Sequence record: MN586027.1
Origin: Arthrobacter phage Mufasa8
Length of the DNA: 32,000 nt
Direction: 5' to 3' (one strand)
The notes below the pieces were generated by a model. The model was not told where the DNA came from. It saw nothing but the letters and a program-made list of their open reading frames with translations, and searched no databases. A program made the position numbers and the translations under genes. This document shows positions 1 to 8,749 of this stretch, in pieces. Each line of letters begins with the position of its first letter. The stretch's first letter is position 1.

Positions 1-59
1 GTGACGAGGATTGCTTCGCCGCGGTCTGCGTCGATGATGACTGCCTTGATGGTGGACAT
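1..59 (-). CDS. hypothetical protein, N-terminal part (MSTIKAVIIDADRGEAILV...), runs off window
   Basis: ATG (CAT at 57-59), leader ACCAACCAAGGAAG upstream, promoter motif upstream. Confidence 0.65.
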   Translation of the reverse strand, partial: MSTIKAVIIDADRGEAILV

Positions 60-97
60 GGTGGCCTTCTTCCTTGGTTGGTTTGCCTTACGAGTAA

Positions 98-128
98 AGT
101 GTAACACCATTACAGCGAGAACACCAAG
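98..128 (-). promoter_or_regulatory. promoter P1: TTGGTG-N18-TACACT with TGT extended -10
   Basis: minus strand ...TTGGTGTTCTCGCTGTAATGGTGTTACACTTTA; same architecture as six other copies. Confidence 0.7.
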
Positions 129-156
129 CCCGGGCGAGTTTCCCCGCCCGGGCTTG
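125..156 (-). terminator. hairpin CAAGCCCGGGCG/CGCCCGGGCTTG between minus-strand genes
   Basis: long perfect inverted repeat just after stop of 160..477; no clear U tract. Confidence 0.5.
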
Positions 157-159
157 TGG

Positions 160-477
160 CTAGCTCTCGGCGGGAGCGAAGAAGAACTCGGTGCCGCCCA
201 TTGCGATCTTGAGCAGGTTCTCCCGCTCCGTGGCGTCCATGTCGGCCATGGTGTAGCGCCATGCTTCGAGGGTGGTCTGCAGGACCTGCTTGTTGAGCCC
301 CAGCTCGCCGATGAGCTGGTGGTGGCGACCGTGGTCGAAGCGACCGGCCGCCATGTATTCCAGCTCGCGTTCCACGTAGCGCTGAACCTCGGCGAGGGTG
401 TCCTTGTAGTTCCGGGCTGCCTGCGAGAGGTTGGTGAGGTATTCGGACTGGACGAGGTTGATGTTGTAGGTCTGCAT
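160..477 (-). CDS. hypothetical protein (MQTYNINLVQSEYLTNLSQ...)
   Basis: ORF with internal ATG preceded by ACCAACCAAGGAG leader; start trimmed from 639. Confidence 0.8.
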   Translation of the reverse strand: MQTYNINLVQSEYLTNLSQAARNYKDTLAEVQRYVERELEYMAAGRFDHGRHHQLIGELGLNKQVLQTTLEAWRYTMADMDATERENLLKIAMGGTEFFFAPAES

Positions 478-512
478 GTTGGCTCCTTGGTTGGTGTTTG
501 CCTTGTGACTAA

Positions 513-545
513 AGTGTAACACCATTCTACCGAAGCGGACAAGCC
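513..545 (-). promoter_or_regulatory. promoter P2: TTGTCC-N18-TACACT, TGT extended -10
   Basis: minus strand TTGTCCGCTTCGGTAGAATGGTGTTACACT. Confidence 0.7.
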
Positions 546-578
546 CGGCAGGCGGGGCTGTGAGGCTCCCGCCTGCCG
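546..578 (-). terminator. hairpin CGGCAGGCGGG/CCCGCCTGCCG
   Basis: 11-bp perfect inverted repeat directly after stop of 585..881. Confidence 0.5.
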
Positions 579-584
579 CGGGTG

Positions 585-881
585 CTAGTCGACCAGCTCG
601 TTGAGGAAAGCCAGCTCGCCGGTGAAGGGCTTCTCCCACTTCACGGTCAGGACGCCGTCGGTCTGCTTCGTGTCTGGGGAGCCGTCCTCGTTGAACCGCG
701 GGCCGCGCAGCGTGACGCCGGTGGGTTCCGCGCCGTCGATGCGGCTGTACTCCACGCTCTCGACCCTAAAGGTGCCCTTGGTGTACTCGTGCAGCTTGGT
801 CTTGACCAGCGGCCCGTCGGCGATTTCGATCTTCCTGACCGTGATGGTGGAGGTGATGGTGGTTTCGTTGGTGATGTTCAC
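585..881 (-). CDS. hypothetical protein (VNITNETTITSTITVRKIEIADGP...)
   Basis: GTG start preceded by AACCAAGGAG; plausible coding composition. Confidence 0.7.
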   Translation of the reverse strand: MNITNETTITSTITVRKIEIADGPLVKTKLHEYTKGTFRVESVEYSRIDGAEPTGVTLRGPRFNEDGSPDTKQTDGVLTVKWEKPFTGELAFLNELVD

Positions 882-909
882 GATGGTTCTCCTTGGTTGT
901 GCGGGGTGA

Positions 910-932
910 GGCGGGGGCGTGCAGCCCCCGCC
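910..932 (-). terminator. hairpin GGCGGGGGC/GCCCCCGCC
   Basis: 9-bp perfect stem between 985..1815 and 585..881. Confidence 0.45.
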
Positions 933-984
933 CGGGGCTTGGTGGGTGATTGGGCCGGAGCGGGCGCCCCGGCCCGCGAGGGGC

Positions 985-1815
985 CTAGTAGCTGGCGTCT
1001 GCCGGGATGGTGTAGCCCGCCTTGCGGAAGACCTTGGCCTTGGCGTCGAACTTCTTGGCGAGGACTCCGGCCCGGTCCCATTCCGGGTGAACGGTGATGA
1101 TGGCGTCCGCGATGGTTTCGATGGTTGCCCGGTCCTCGGCGGCGAGGTTCCGGAGGTGCTGCGTGTGAGCCTCGTCGACACCCTCTTGGTAGCTGCGGGA
1201 GACGAACGTTTCCATCTCCCAGCTAATGGCGTTCTCCGCGGCCCGGAGGGTCTTGAACGTCCCGCCCGCGAAGGCGATCTTCTGGGCGTCTGCGGCGGCC
1301 TTGGCTTCGGCCTTGGCGGCGGCTTCGGCTTCGCGCTCCTCGCGTTCCTTGACGTAGACGCCGATGGTGGTGGGCTTGTTGACCGGGGCGTCCGGGAAGC
1401 AGACGGTGCAGGCGACCTCACCGGCGGCTTCGACGAGCTGTTCGCGGGTGGAGCCGCTGTACTCGGCGAGGCGCATGATCTGGGTGGTGGGGCGCAGGGT
1501 GGAGCAGTAGGTTCCAGCGTGGACGTGGCCGTTGGGGACGTAGATGTACCGGGTCCACGGTGCTGCGTTGTAGATGCGGTAGAGCGGGGCGGCTTCGGCT
1601 TCCAGCTCGGCCATCTTGTCCAGCTCCTCCTGCAGCTCTTCCTCGCGGCGGGCGATCTGGCTGTCGATGTCGGCCTTGACGGCGCGGGCGAGGGCCTTGC
1701 GGGCTCCGTCGATGTAGGACTGCTGCTTGGCAATCTTCCACTCGATGTTTTCGAGGGCGGTGTCGACGGTGACGGCTACGGTGCGAAGCGCTTCGGCGGT
1801 GGTGATGGTTCCCAT
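985..1815 (-). CDS. hypothetical protein, coiled-coil N-terminal region, Cys pair motif
   Basis: 276-aa ORF, ATG preceded by leader with AAGGAG-type SD; promoter upstream. Confidence 0.85.
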   Translation of the reverse strand: MGTITTAEALRTVAVTVDTALENIEWKIAKQQSYIDGARKALARAVKADIDSQIARREEELQEELDKMAELEAEAAPLYRIYNAAPWTRYIYVPNGHVHAGTYCSTLRPTTQIMRLAEYSGSTREQLVEAAGEVACTVCFPDAPVNKPTTIGVYVKEREEREAEAAAKAEAKAAADAQKIAFAGGTFKTLRAAENAISWEMETFVSRSYQEGVDEAHTQHLRNLAAEDRATIETIADAIITVHPEWDRAGVLAKKFDAKAKVFRKAGYTIPADASY

Positions 1816-1849
1816 GGTGACTCCTTGGCTGGTTTGTCCTTGTGATAAA

Positions 1850-1882
1850 AGTGTAACACCACTAAACCATTAGGCACAAGCC
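1850..1882 (-). promoter_or_regulatory. promoter P3: TTGTGC-N18-TACACT, TGT extended -10
   Basis: minus strand TTGTGCCTAATGGTTTAGTGGTGTTACACTTT. Confidence 0.7.
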
Positions 1883-2193
1883 CGGGTTTCGCGGGCCTTG
1901 CGGGCCTCGGCCGCCCGCGCCCATACAACCTCGTTGGAGCCCACGAAATACAGGACGGCCCCGTACTTCCCATTGCCGTGCATGATGTACTCGCCGTTCT
2001 GGCGCTGGGTGAAGCGGAACGTGACGGTCTTGCCGGTCGGCAGGTCGAGGGCTGCCCAGACGCTTGCCTCGGTGGTGCGGGTGACCTTGCCGGTGACCTT
2101 GCCCAGTGGGTGGAGGTAGGTGACCTCGGCGCCGACGACGGCGAACTCTTTGACGAAGGCTGCGCGGACGGGGTTGGCTTCGTTGTGCGACAT
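1870..2193 (-). CDS. hypothetical protein (MSHNEANPVRAAFVKEFAVVGAEVTYLHPLGKVTGKV...)
   Basis: ORF; ATG at 2193 preceded by ACCAACCAAGGAG. Confidence 0.8.
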   Translation of the reverse strand: MSHNEANPVRAAFVKEFAVVGAEVTYLHPLGKVTGKVTRTTEASVWAALDLPTGKTVTFRFTQRQNGEYIMHGNGKYGAVLYFVGSNEVVWARAAEARKARETRACA

Positions 2194-2223
2194 GCTGGGG
2201 CTCCTTGGTTGGTTGGTACTCAA

Positions 2224-2254
2224 ACTGTAACACCACTAAACCACGATCGCCAAG
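2224..2254 (-). promoter_or_regulatory. promoter P4: TTGGCG-N18-TACAGT, TGT extended -10
   Basis: minus strand TTGGCGATCGTGGTTTAGTGGTGTTACAGTTTG. Confidence 0.65.
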
Positions 2255-2316
2255 CCCCCACAAAAAAGAGCCCCGGAGCCGCGCTGCTGGACTCTGGAAC
2301 TCTCGGTTGTATTCGG

Positions 2317-2760
2317 TTATGCGGCGAGGGCGCAGACCTCTTGATATGTTGGTGTGTGCATTTCTAGCTTGACAGGCTGAAATTCCATGAACATGCCCGG
2401 CCCGCGAAGCGTCCTCACGTAGACGCTGGCCGTGTGGGGCGTGACGTTCAGGCGCCGGGACAGCTCATCCAAGGATGGGCTGTCCCGGATCGCTTCGAAG
2501 TAGTCCCTCTTGTCGATGAGCTGATGGGCCGCCCACCTGTCGGCGTGCCACTCGTTGGGCCTGCTGTTCCCCGAGTGCCTGTAGTGGGCGTGTCCCAGCT
2601 CGTGCGCCAGCACGCACTTTCCCGTCAGCGGACTCAAGCCCCACAGAAGGTAGACGGCGTTACTGGCGAGATCGTAAGCGCCCTTCCACCCCTCCGGCAT
2701 GTATCGCTCCCATTCAACAGCTACGCCCATGGCGGCGGCCACGGCAAGCAAAGACTCCAT
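2317..2760 (-). CDS. ImmA/IrrE-family metallopeptidase-like
   Basis: HELGHAHYRH zinc-protease motif, size, location beside repressor-like gene. Confidence 0.8.
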   Translation of the reverse strand: MESLLAVAAAMGVAVEWERYMPEGWKGAYDLASNAVYLLWGLSPLTGKCVLAHELGHAHYRHSGNSRPNEWHADRWAAHQLIDKRDYFEAIRDSPSLDELSRRLNVTPHTASVYVRTLRGPGMFMEFQPVKLEMHTPTYQEVCALAA

Positions 2761-2777
2761 CTGTTTCCCTCATGAAA

Positions 2778-3266
2778 TTACAGAGGGTCGACGGTGTCGC
2801 CCTCCTCGATAAATGCGGCCATGCCTCCGAACCGGGCAAGCAGTTGTTCCTCCGCCGGGCGAACCGACTTCGGTTTGAACTGCATGACTTTGGCGATGGT
2901 TTCGGCGTGCAGCCTGACCATCTCGTGACCGAGGTATCGGAGGGCTTCCTGTGCGACGGCAGGCAGGGTTCCACCGTCCGCGATTACGAGGGCGGTGGCG
3001 TCTGCGGTGGCGACCTTGACGCCCAGTGACCGGGCAGAGGCCAGCACGACCTCGGTAGTTGAGACTCCGAGCCCTCGCGCCATCGCCGCAATGGTATCGG
3101 GATCCGGGAAATTCTTCATAGGACGTGACTCACTTGCGAGCTGTTGAAGTCGACGCCCAGCAGGCGTACCTCCGCAGTCCTCGGATAGGCGCTCGAAGGA
3201 CCGGCCGCCCTTCCTGTCGAGGATGAGCTGAGCGAGGGTGGGTCCCTGCGGGTTCATGCGTGACAC
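2778..3266 (-). CDS. putative immunity repressor, HTH (XRE-like); start uncertain (ORF extends to 3356)
   Basis: TLAQLILDRKGG...RPMKNFPDPDTIAAMARGLGVSTTEVVLA; GGGGAG SD upstream of GTG at 3266; divergent from 3589 gene. Confidence 0.65.
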   Translation of the reverse strand: MSRMNPQGPTLAQLILDRKGGRSFERLSEDCGGTPAGRRLQQLASESRPMKNFPDPDTIAAMARGLGVSTTEVVLASARSLGVKVATADATALVIADGGTLPAVAQEALRYLGHEMVRLHAETIAKVMQFKPKSVRPAEEQLLARFGGMAAFIEEGDTVDPL

Positions 3267-3412
3267 GTTTTGTCTCCCCATCTGGACGTCGCCGCCCAAT
3301 AGTTGGTGTATAAGCATCAAACTATCCACGGTCATCCTAGGAAGCAATAGGTACATTTCTCCACGTCAACCCGGCAGAGTACCCTGTCAGTTGGTGAAAT
3401 TACGCCCAGTGG

Positions 3413-3442
3413 TTTGTATTTCTGGCGAGCCTCCTCTATAAA
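3413..3442 (+). promoter_or_regulatory. candidate rightward early promoter TTGTAT-N18-TATAAA
   Basis: hexamers at 3413-3418 and 3437-3442 in divergent intergenic region. Confidence 0.5.
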
Positions 3443-3469
3443 TGTTGTTGTACCGCTCACCGGGTGCTA

Positions 3470-3489
3470 ACCGATAGCTCACCGATAGC
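3470..3489 (+). promoter_or_regulatory. candidate operator: two direct ACCGATAGC copies 11 bp apart
   Basis: 3470-3478 and 3481-3489, downstream of TATAAA between repressor and plus-strand operon. Confidence 0.4.
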
Positions 3490-3588
3490 GGACTACCACC
3501 GCACCAACCACCAACCAAGGCCGCCGCGGGAACCCAAAACAAGCATTGGTACTTTTTCTACCAACCATCAGGGACGCAGCGGGGAAGG

Positions 3589-3756
3589 ATGCAAGTGAGC
3601 AGTATCACCAAGGGCCAGCACGTCGCCAAGAAGGCCTCACTCCCGCAGCAGATCAAGGCCGCGTGGGAACGGGCGAAGCGCCGCGCGGCAAGGAACGAAG
3701 CCCAGTACGAGAGCTGGGCAGCAACGGAAACGGAATGGGAGGACTACGCATGGTAG
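3589..3756 (+). CDS. small basic hypothetical protein (MQVSSITKGQHVAKKASLPQQIKAAWERAKRR...)
   Basis: 55 codons, GGGGAAGG upstream, ends overlapping next start region. Confidence 0.55.
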   Translation: MQVSSITKGQHVAKKASLPQQIKAAWERAKRRAARNEAQYESWAATETEWEDYAW

Positions 3757-4031
3757 AGGCAGCAGCCATCGAGCCGCTTCGGACGCCGGAGGAGGTCGCG
3801 GAGGCTTTGAAGCACATCAGCCCCTTCACCATTCGCCGCCTCGTGTCCAAGCGGGAAATCAGCTACACCCCGGGAGCCCGGGGGAAGGTCCTGATGAGCA
3901 AGGCAGACGTCGACGGGCTCTTGGAGTACCTGCGGGTCCCGGCAGCGCCGGTAGCTGTCGTGGAAGCGGACGATGAGCCCGTGTTCCAGACCAGCTCGCG
4001 CTCAGCGGCCCGCCACCAGAAGGCGTCCTAG
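3750..4031 (+). CDS. excisionase/MerR-like HTH DNA-binding protein
   Basis: SPFTIRRLVSKREISYTPGARGKVLMSKADVDGLLEYLR. Confidence 0.7.
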   Translation: MVEAAAIEPLRTPEEVAEALKHISPFTIRRLVSKREISYTPGARGKVLMSKADVDGLLEYLRVPAAPVAVVEADDEPVFQTSSRSAARHQKAS

Positions 4032-4039
4032 AACGCAAG

Positions 4040-4065
4040 AAGGCCCGCACCGAAGCGCGGGCCTT
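4040..4065 (+). terminator. hairpin AAGGCCCGC/GCGGGCCTT
   Basis: 9-bp perfect inverted repeat after stop at 4031. Confidence 0.5.
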
Positions 4066-4107
4066 GCAACAGAACCATTCACCAACCAAGGAAGAAAGGA
4101 TTCCGTC

Positions 4108-4461
4108 ATGAACAACCCTAGCAGGGTCCTCACCGCCGCGGAAGCCGAAGCAGTCATTCGCGACAGGGCAGCCACCTACGTCGAGGAACACGGGTCGGAC
4201 CACACCATCGACGAGTTCGAGGAGTTCCGCGTCAAGCTGTCGGCCGACGTGGACATGGACCTCGACGCGGACTACCTCGCGGACGTCATTTTCCACATCG
4301 AGGAAGCGGCCAAGGTCGACAACAACAACCACCCGAACATCAAGCTCACCCGGGACGGCACGATCGACAATCGCGACTTCATGTTCGAGTACGAGAACAG
4401 CCTCGTATCCAAGGTCATCGGCTTCCTGCTGGGAGCCTCCACACAGCAGAAGGCGGCATAA
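4108..4461 (+). CDS. hypothetical acidic protein
   Basis: ORF with ACCAACCAAGGAAG leader. Confidence 0.8.
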   Translation: MNNPSRVLTAAEAEAVIRDRAATYVEEHGSDHTIDEFEEFRVKLSADVDMDLDADYLADVIFHIEEAAKVDNNNHPNIKLTRDGTIDNRDFMFEYENSLVSKVIGFLLGASTQQKAA

Positions 4462-4463
4462 CC

Positions 4464-5681
4464 ATGGGACGCAAGATCGTAAGCCTGCAGGTCGAGAACA
4501 TCAAGCGGCTCAAGGCCATCAGGATCACCCCGGACGGCACCGGCGTCGTCATCGTAGGCGGGAACAACGCGCAGGGTAAGTCGTCCGTGCTGGACGCTAT
4601 CTGGCTGGCCCTCGGTGGGCGTGCCGCGTCCGCTGCCACCGTCCGCCCGGTGCGTGACGGCGAGGAAGCAGCGATGGTGCGTCTGGACCTCGGGGACCTG
4701 ATCGTGACGCGGAAGTGGAAGGGTGACAAGTCCACCCTCACCGTGGAATCAGCGGACGGGGCCAAGTACAGCTCACCGCAGTCCATCCTCGACAAGCTGG
4801 TCGGGAAGCTCGCGTTCGACCCGCTCGCGTTCGCGACGTGGGATGCCAAGAAGCAGCGCGAGGTCCTGATGGGACTCGTGGAGCTGCCGTTCGACCCCGA
4901 CGAGCTGGACGCGAAGCGGAAGGGCCTGTTCGACCAGCGCACGGACGTCAACCGGCAGCTCAAGCAGCTCGACGGCCAGCTCGCGGGCATGATCCCGGCC
5001 CCGGCAGGCACCCCCGACGAGGAAGTGTCCGTTTCCGAGCTGCTGGAACAGTACCGTGCAGCGCAGGAACAGAACCGCCTCACCCGTGTCATCGCCAACG
5101 ACGTTGAATCGAACAAGCTCCGCATCACCCAGCTTCGGGAGCAGTTGGCGCAGGCCGAAGCTGACCTTGAAGGGAACCTCGCTGCCCTCGCGGCCCGTCC
5201 CCCGCAGATCGACCTGTTCGCTCTCGAATCGAAGCTTGACGACGTGGACAACATCAACGCCAACGTCCGGGCGAAGCTGGAACGGCAGGCCAAGCTCGCG
5301 GAACGGGCCAGCACGGAGGAGCGGGCCGACCGGCTCACCGCGGAAATCGAGCAGCTGGACACCACGAAGGCGAAGGGCCTCGCGGACGCGGTCTACCCCA
5401 TCACCGGGCTCGGGTTCGATGACACCGGCGTCGTTTACAACGGGGTCCCCTTCCAGCAGGCATCCTCCGCGGAGCAGCTTCGCATCAGCACGGCGATGGG
5501 CATGGCCCTCAACCCGGAGCTGCGCGTCATGCACATCAGGGACGGTTCCCTGCTCGACGCCAACAGCCTCGACCTCGTCTCCCGCATGGCCGAGGCCAAC
5601 GACTTCCAGATTTGGATCGAGCGGGTCGGCACCAATGACGAGGGCGCGGTCATCATCGAGGACGGGGAGGTCGCAGCGTGA
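4464..5681 (+). CDS. RecF/SbcC-like AAA ATPase with coiled coil
   Basis: VGGNNAQGKSSVLDAIWLALGG Walker A; central coiled coil; truncated SMC-like layout. Confidence 0.8.
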   Translation: MGRKIVSLQVENIKRLKAIRITPDGTGVVIVGGNNAQGKSSVLDAIWLALGGRAASAATVRPVRDGEEAAMVRLDLGDLIVTRKWKGDKSTLTVESADGAKYSSPQSILDKLVGKLAFDPLAFATWDAKKQREVLMGLVELPFDPDELDAKRKGLFDQRTDVNRQLKQLDGQLAGMIPAPAGTPDEEVSVSELLEQYRAAQEQNRLTRVIANDVESNKLRITQLREQLAQAEADLEGNLAALAARPPQIDLFALESKLDDVDNINANVRAKLERQAKLAERASTEERADRLTAEIEQLDTTKAKGLADAVYPITGLGFDDTGVVYNGVPFQQASSAEQLRISTAMGMALNPELRVMHIRDGSLLDANSLDLVSRMAEANDFQIWIERVGTNDEGAVIIEDGEVAA

Positions 5682-5944
5682 GCCCCGAACTGGAAGGCAC
5701 CCAGACCGCCCCGGACAAGTATCAGGTCACGGCCCGCCCTGCCCACGGGAAGCAGGTCACCCTCTACGTCCAGCAGGACCATTTCAGCGAACGGTTCTTC
5801 GTCAAGAGCAAGCCCGACTCTGAGAGCTACATCAGCAGGCACAACAACTTCGAGGTCGCGGCCAAGTCAGCCAACTACCGGGCACGGCGCTACCTCCGGG
5901 CGTACAGCAAGCCCCACGGCATCAAGGCCAAGGTGAGCGCCTGA
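5678..5944 (+). CDS. hypothetical protein
   Basis: GTG start overlapping previous stop; 88 aa. Confidence 0.75.
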   Translation: MSPELEGTQTAPDKYQVTARPAHGKQVTLYVQQDHFSERFFVKSKPDSESYISRHNNFEVAAKSANYRARRYLRAYSKPHGIKAKVSA

Positions 5945-6078
5945 TGGCCCGGGACGGAGCAGCAGCCACCCGCGAGGAGGTCACCATCGGCGCCCTGCTC
6001 GCGGAGGAAGCCCGGCTCGCCCGGGAACTCGAGGAATGGAACCCGCTGGTCGAGGACATGGGAACGATCCGATGGTGA
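5944..6078 (+). CDS. small hypothetical protein (MARDGAAATREEVTIGALLAEE...)
   Basis: TGATG overlap with previous CDS; 44 aa. Confidence 0.55.
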   Translation: MARDGAAATREEVTIGALLAEEARLARELEEWNPLVEDMGTIRW

Positions 6079-6188
6079 CCGGGCGCCCGCTCGAATGGCC
6101 GGACGTCCCGCGCCGGTGGGGCGAGAAGGACCCCAAGCAGCAAGAGCCAGAGAAGCAGCAGGAAGCAGAGAAGGAGGACGAGTCGTGA
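6072..6188 (+). CDS. small hypothetical protein (MVTGRPLEWPDVPRRWGEKDPKQQEPEKQQEAEKEDES)
   Basis: fills gap, coupled to next GTG start. Confidence 0.5.
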   Translation: MVTGRPLEWPDVPRRWGEKDPKQQEPEKQQEAEKEDES

Positions 6189-7063
6189 GCCTGACATTCG
6201 ATCCCGAGAAGCACCGTTACACGCTGGACGGCAAGCGCGTCCGCGGCGTCACCTCGCTCATCAACGGCGGGACGTCCAAGGACCAGCTCGTGCGCTGGGC
6301 TCCGCGGTTCGTGGCCCAGTTCGTGCAGGACAACTTCGACAAGGTCATGCACTGGCACAGTGACCCGGCCGTGGACATGGTCAAGCGGCTGCAGTACCTC
6401 CCGGAGAACTACCGGGACGAGGCAGGGGTCCGCGGCACCGCGATCCACGACGCGGTCGAGCAGACCCTCCTGACCGGCGAGGCCGAGGTCGACGAGGTTC
6501 ACCTGCCGGAGGTCAACGCGCTCCTCGACCTGTACGACCAGTGGGAAATCGAGCCGCTGCAGATGACCCTCAAGGACGGGTCAACGACGCTGATGGTGGA
6601 GAAGTCCGTGGCGAACCGGACGTATTGGTACGCCGGGCGTTTCGACCTCATCGGCCGCGTGGGCAAGCTCGGCGGGGCCATCTGCCAGATCGACACCAAG
6701 AGCAGCAACGGGGTCTACGGGTCCATGTCGATGCAGCTCGCGGCGTACCGGAAGGCCGAGTTCTGGGTCAACGACGACGACCCGGACACGGAGTACCCGA
6801 TGCCGGTGATTGAGCGGCACCTCATCGCTCACGTCAAGCGCACCAAGAGCCTGACGGAAGGGGAACCGGACGTCGTCGCAGCCGGTCTGCAGGCCGTATC
6901 GGGCGGCTACCCCTACAGCAAGGCCCAGTCCATCAAGGACATGGACGAGGCGTTCAGGGAGTTCCTGTGGGCCGCTTCACTCACCAAGACCGCCGGGGCC
7001 CGTGACAAGCGCCTCTGGCCTGTCGACGCCACCACCAACACTTTCAAGGAGATCGCATCATGA
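6185..7063 (+). CDS. PD-(D/E)XK (Cas4/RecB-like) nuclease
   Basis: GRFDLIGRVGKLGGAICQIDTKSS...QLAAYRKAE; adjacent to RecT-like gene. Confidence 0.8.
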   Translation: MSLTFDPEKHRYTLDGKRVRGVTSLINGGTSKDQLVRWAPRFVAQFVQDNFDKVMHWHSDPAVDMVKRLQYLPENYRDEAGVRGTAIHDAVEQTLLTGEAEVDEVHLPEVNALLDLYDQWEIEPLQMTLKDGSTTLMVEKSVANRTYWYAGRFDLIGRVGKLGGAICQIDTKSSNGVYGSMSMQLAAYRKAEFWVNDDDPDTEYPMPVIERHLIAHVKRTKSLTEGEPDVVAAGLQAVSGGYPYSKAQSIKDMDEAFREFLWAASLTKTAGARDKRLWPVDATTNTFKEIAS

Positions 7064-8184
7064 CCGAACTCGCCACCTACGAAGCCCCGGCGCAGGCTGC
7101 CGTCGCCTACGTCCCGCCCGCTACCGTCGCCAAGGTCGACCTGTCCGACTACTGGGCACGGATGGGCGTGGCCATCCAGATCGCCGAGCCGATGTGCAAG
7201 ACCCCGTTCGTGCCGTCAGCGTTCAGGAACAAGCCCGAGGACACGGCCATGGCCATCATGTACGGGTTCAAGTACGGCATGGAGCCGGACGCGGCCCTGT
7301 CCTCCATCTTCATCATCGGTGGGCGTCCGGGCATGTACTCCCGCGTCCAGCACGCGATCCTCATGGCTCACGGCCACGACGTCCGGGTCGTGAAGCAGAC
7401 CCCGACGGAGTGCGTGGTCAAGGGTCGCCGGAAGGGTGACGAGGGCGACTGGACGGAGTCCGTGTGGACCATCGAACGCGCCCGGCAGGCTGGCTACTTC
7501 ACGAACGAGAAGTACACGAAGGACCCCATCGCCATGCTGACCGCCCGTGCGCTCGGTGACGTCTGCCGTCTGGTGGCGCCGGACCTGCTGATGGGCATCG
7601 TGGCGTACAACGAAGCCGACGTGGAAGTCATGGAAGTCCTCGACGGGGACACCCTGCAGCCCATCCAGCAGCCCGTCCAGCGTTCCACCGTGCGCCGGTC
7701 GGTCACCCCGTCCACTCCCCGGCAGTTCGTGGACGTCTCGGCCCCCGCCCCTGCCCCTGTGCAGCCCCAGCAGGGCGCGGAGGTCCCACCGCCCCTCTCC
7801 GGCGAGGCGGCGGCTGAGAGCGACGCAGACGCCGATGTGGTGGACGCCGACGACGTGGAGTACGACGACGGCGTGCAGGAGCCCGTGGAGGAGTCCAACG
7901 TCGTCACCATGTTCCCCCAGCCCATGGCCTCGGAGCTGCAGATCACGGCCATGGTCGCGGAGATGGTGAAGCTGGGCCTGCGGACCCCGGCGTCCAAGCG
8001 CAAGGCCATCAACGAATTCTGCGGCCGCGAGGTTGCAGGACCGCATGAGCTGTCCGCCGACGAGGCAGACAAGTTCATCAACCACCTCATGTTCAAGCAG
8101 GCAGAAGCGGCCAAGGCTGCCGAACCTGCACCGGCTGATGTGGACGCAAAGTGGGGCCTTGCCCCGGAAGGAAATGAGCAGTAG
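7060..8184 (+). CDS. RecT-like ssDNA annealing protein
   Basis: [53 protein letters not shown]; overlap with nuclease. Confidence 0.85.
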   Translation: MTELATYEAPAQAAVAYVPPATVAKVDLSDYWARMGVAIQIAEPMCKTPFVPSAFRNKPEDTAMAIMYGFKYGMEPDAALSSIFIIGGRPGMYSRVQHAILMAHGHDVRVVKQTPTECVVKGRRKGDEGDWTESVWTIERARQAGYFTNEKYTKDPIAMLTARALGDVCRLVAPDLLMGIVAYNEADVEVMEVLDGDTLQPIQQPVQRSTVRRSVTPSTPRQFVDVSAPAPAPVQPQQGAEVPPPLSGEAAAESDADADVVDADDVEYDDGVQEPVEESNVVTMFPQPMASELQITAMVAEMVKLGLRTPASKRKAINEFCGREVAGPHELSADEADKFINHLMFKQAEAAKAAEPAPADVDAKWGLAPEGNEQ

Positions 8185-8735
8185 TGGCAGGCGAAACGAC
8201 CATCACGGTCATCGGGAATCTCACCAACGATCCCGAACTCAGGTTCACCCCGAGCGGGTCAGCGGTGGCCAACTTCACCATCGCGTCGACGCCCCGGACG
8301 TTCGATAGGCAGTCCAACGAGTGGAAGGACGGGGAAACCCTGTTCCTCCGGGCCAGTGTCTGGCGCGAAGCGGCCGAGAACGTCGCGGAGTCCCTGACGA
8401 AGGGCATGCGCGTCATCGTGTCCGGCAGGCTCAAGTCCCGGTCCTACGAGACGAAGGAAGGCGAGAAGCGCACCGTAATCGAGCTGGAAGTCGACGAGAT
8501 CGGCCCCAGCCTCCGGTACGCGAACGCCAAGGTCAACCGGACCCAGCGCGGGCAGGGCGGCGGTGGCGGCGGCTTCGGTGGTGGTAACACCGGAGGCGGC
8601 TTCGGAGGCGGGCAGCAGGGCGGAGGCGGCGGCTGGGGAGGCAACCAGCCAGCACAGCAGGACGACCCGTGGGCAACGCCCGGTGTCAACGCTGGCGGCT
8701 GGGGCAACGGCCCCGATAGTGAACCACCCTTCTAA
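8184..8735 (+). CDS. ssb: single-stranded DNA-binding protein
   Basis: [32 protein letters not shown]...; Gly-rich linker; acidic tip DSEPPF. Confidence 0.95.
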   Translation: MAGETTITVIGNLTNDPELRFTPSGSAVANFTIASTPRTFDRQSNEWKDGETLFLRASVWREAAENVAESLTKGMRVIVSGRLKSRSYETKEGEKRTVIELEVDEIGPSLRYANAKVNRTQRGQGGGGGGFGGGNTGGGFGGGQQGGGGGWGGNQPAQQDDPWATPGVNAGGWGNGPDSEPPF

Positions 8736-8749
8736 GGAGACGCACCACC

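Noticed and set aside
585-1733. 382-aa minus-strand ORF MPSSSPTSTEPARPSP...
   Set aside because: Most of it is an out-of-frame Ser/Pro/Arg-rich read of the 985..1815 gene; only the C-terminal part (585..881) has a credible start and composition.
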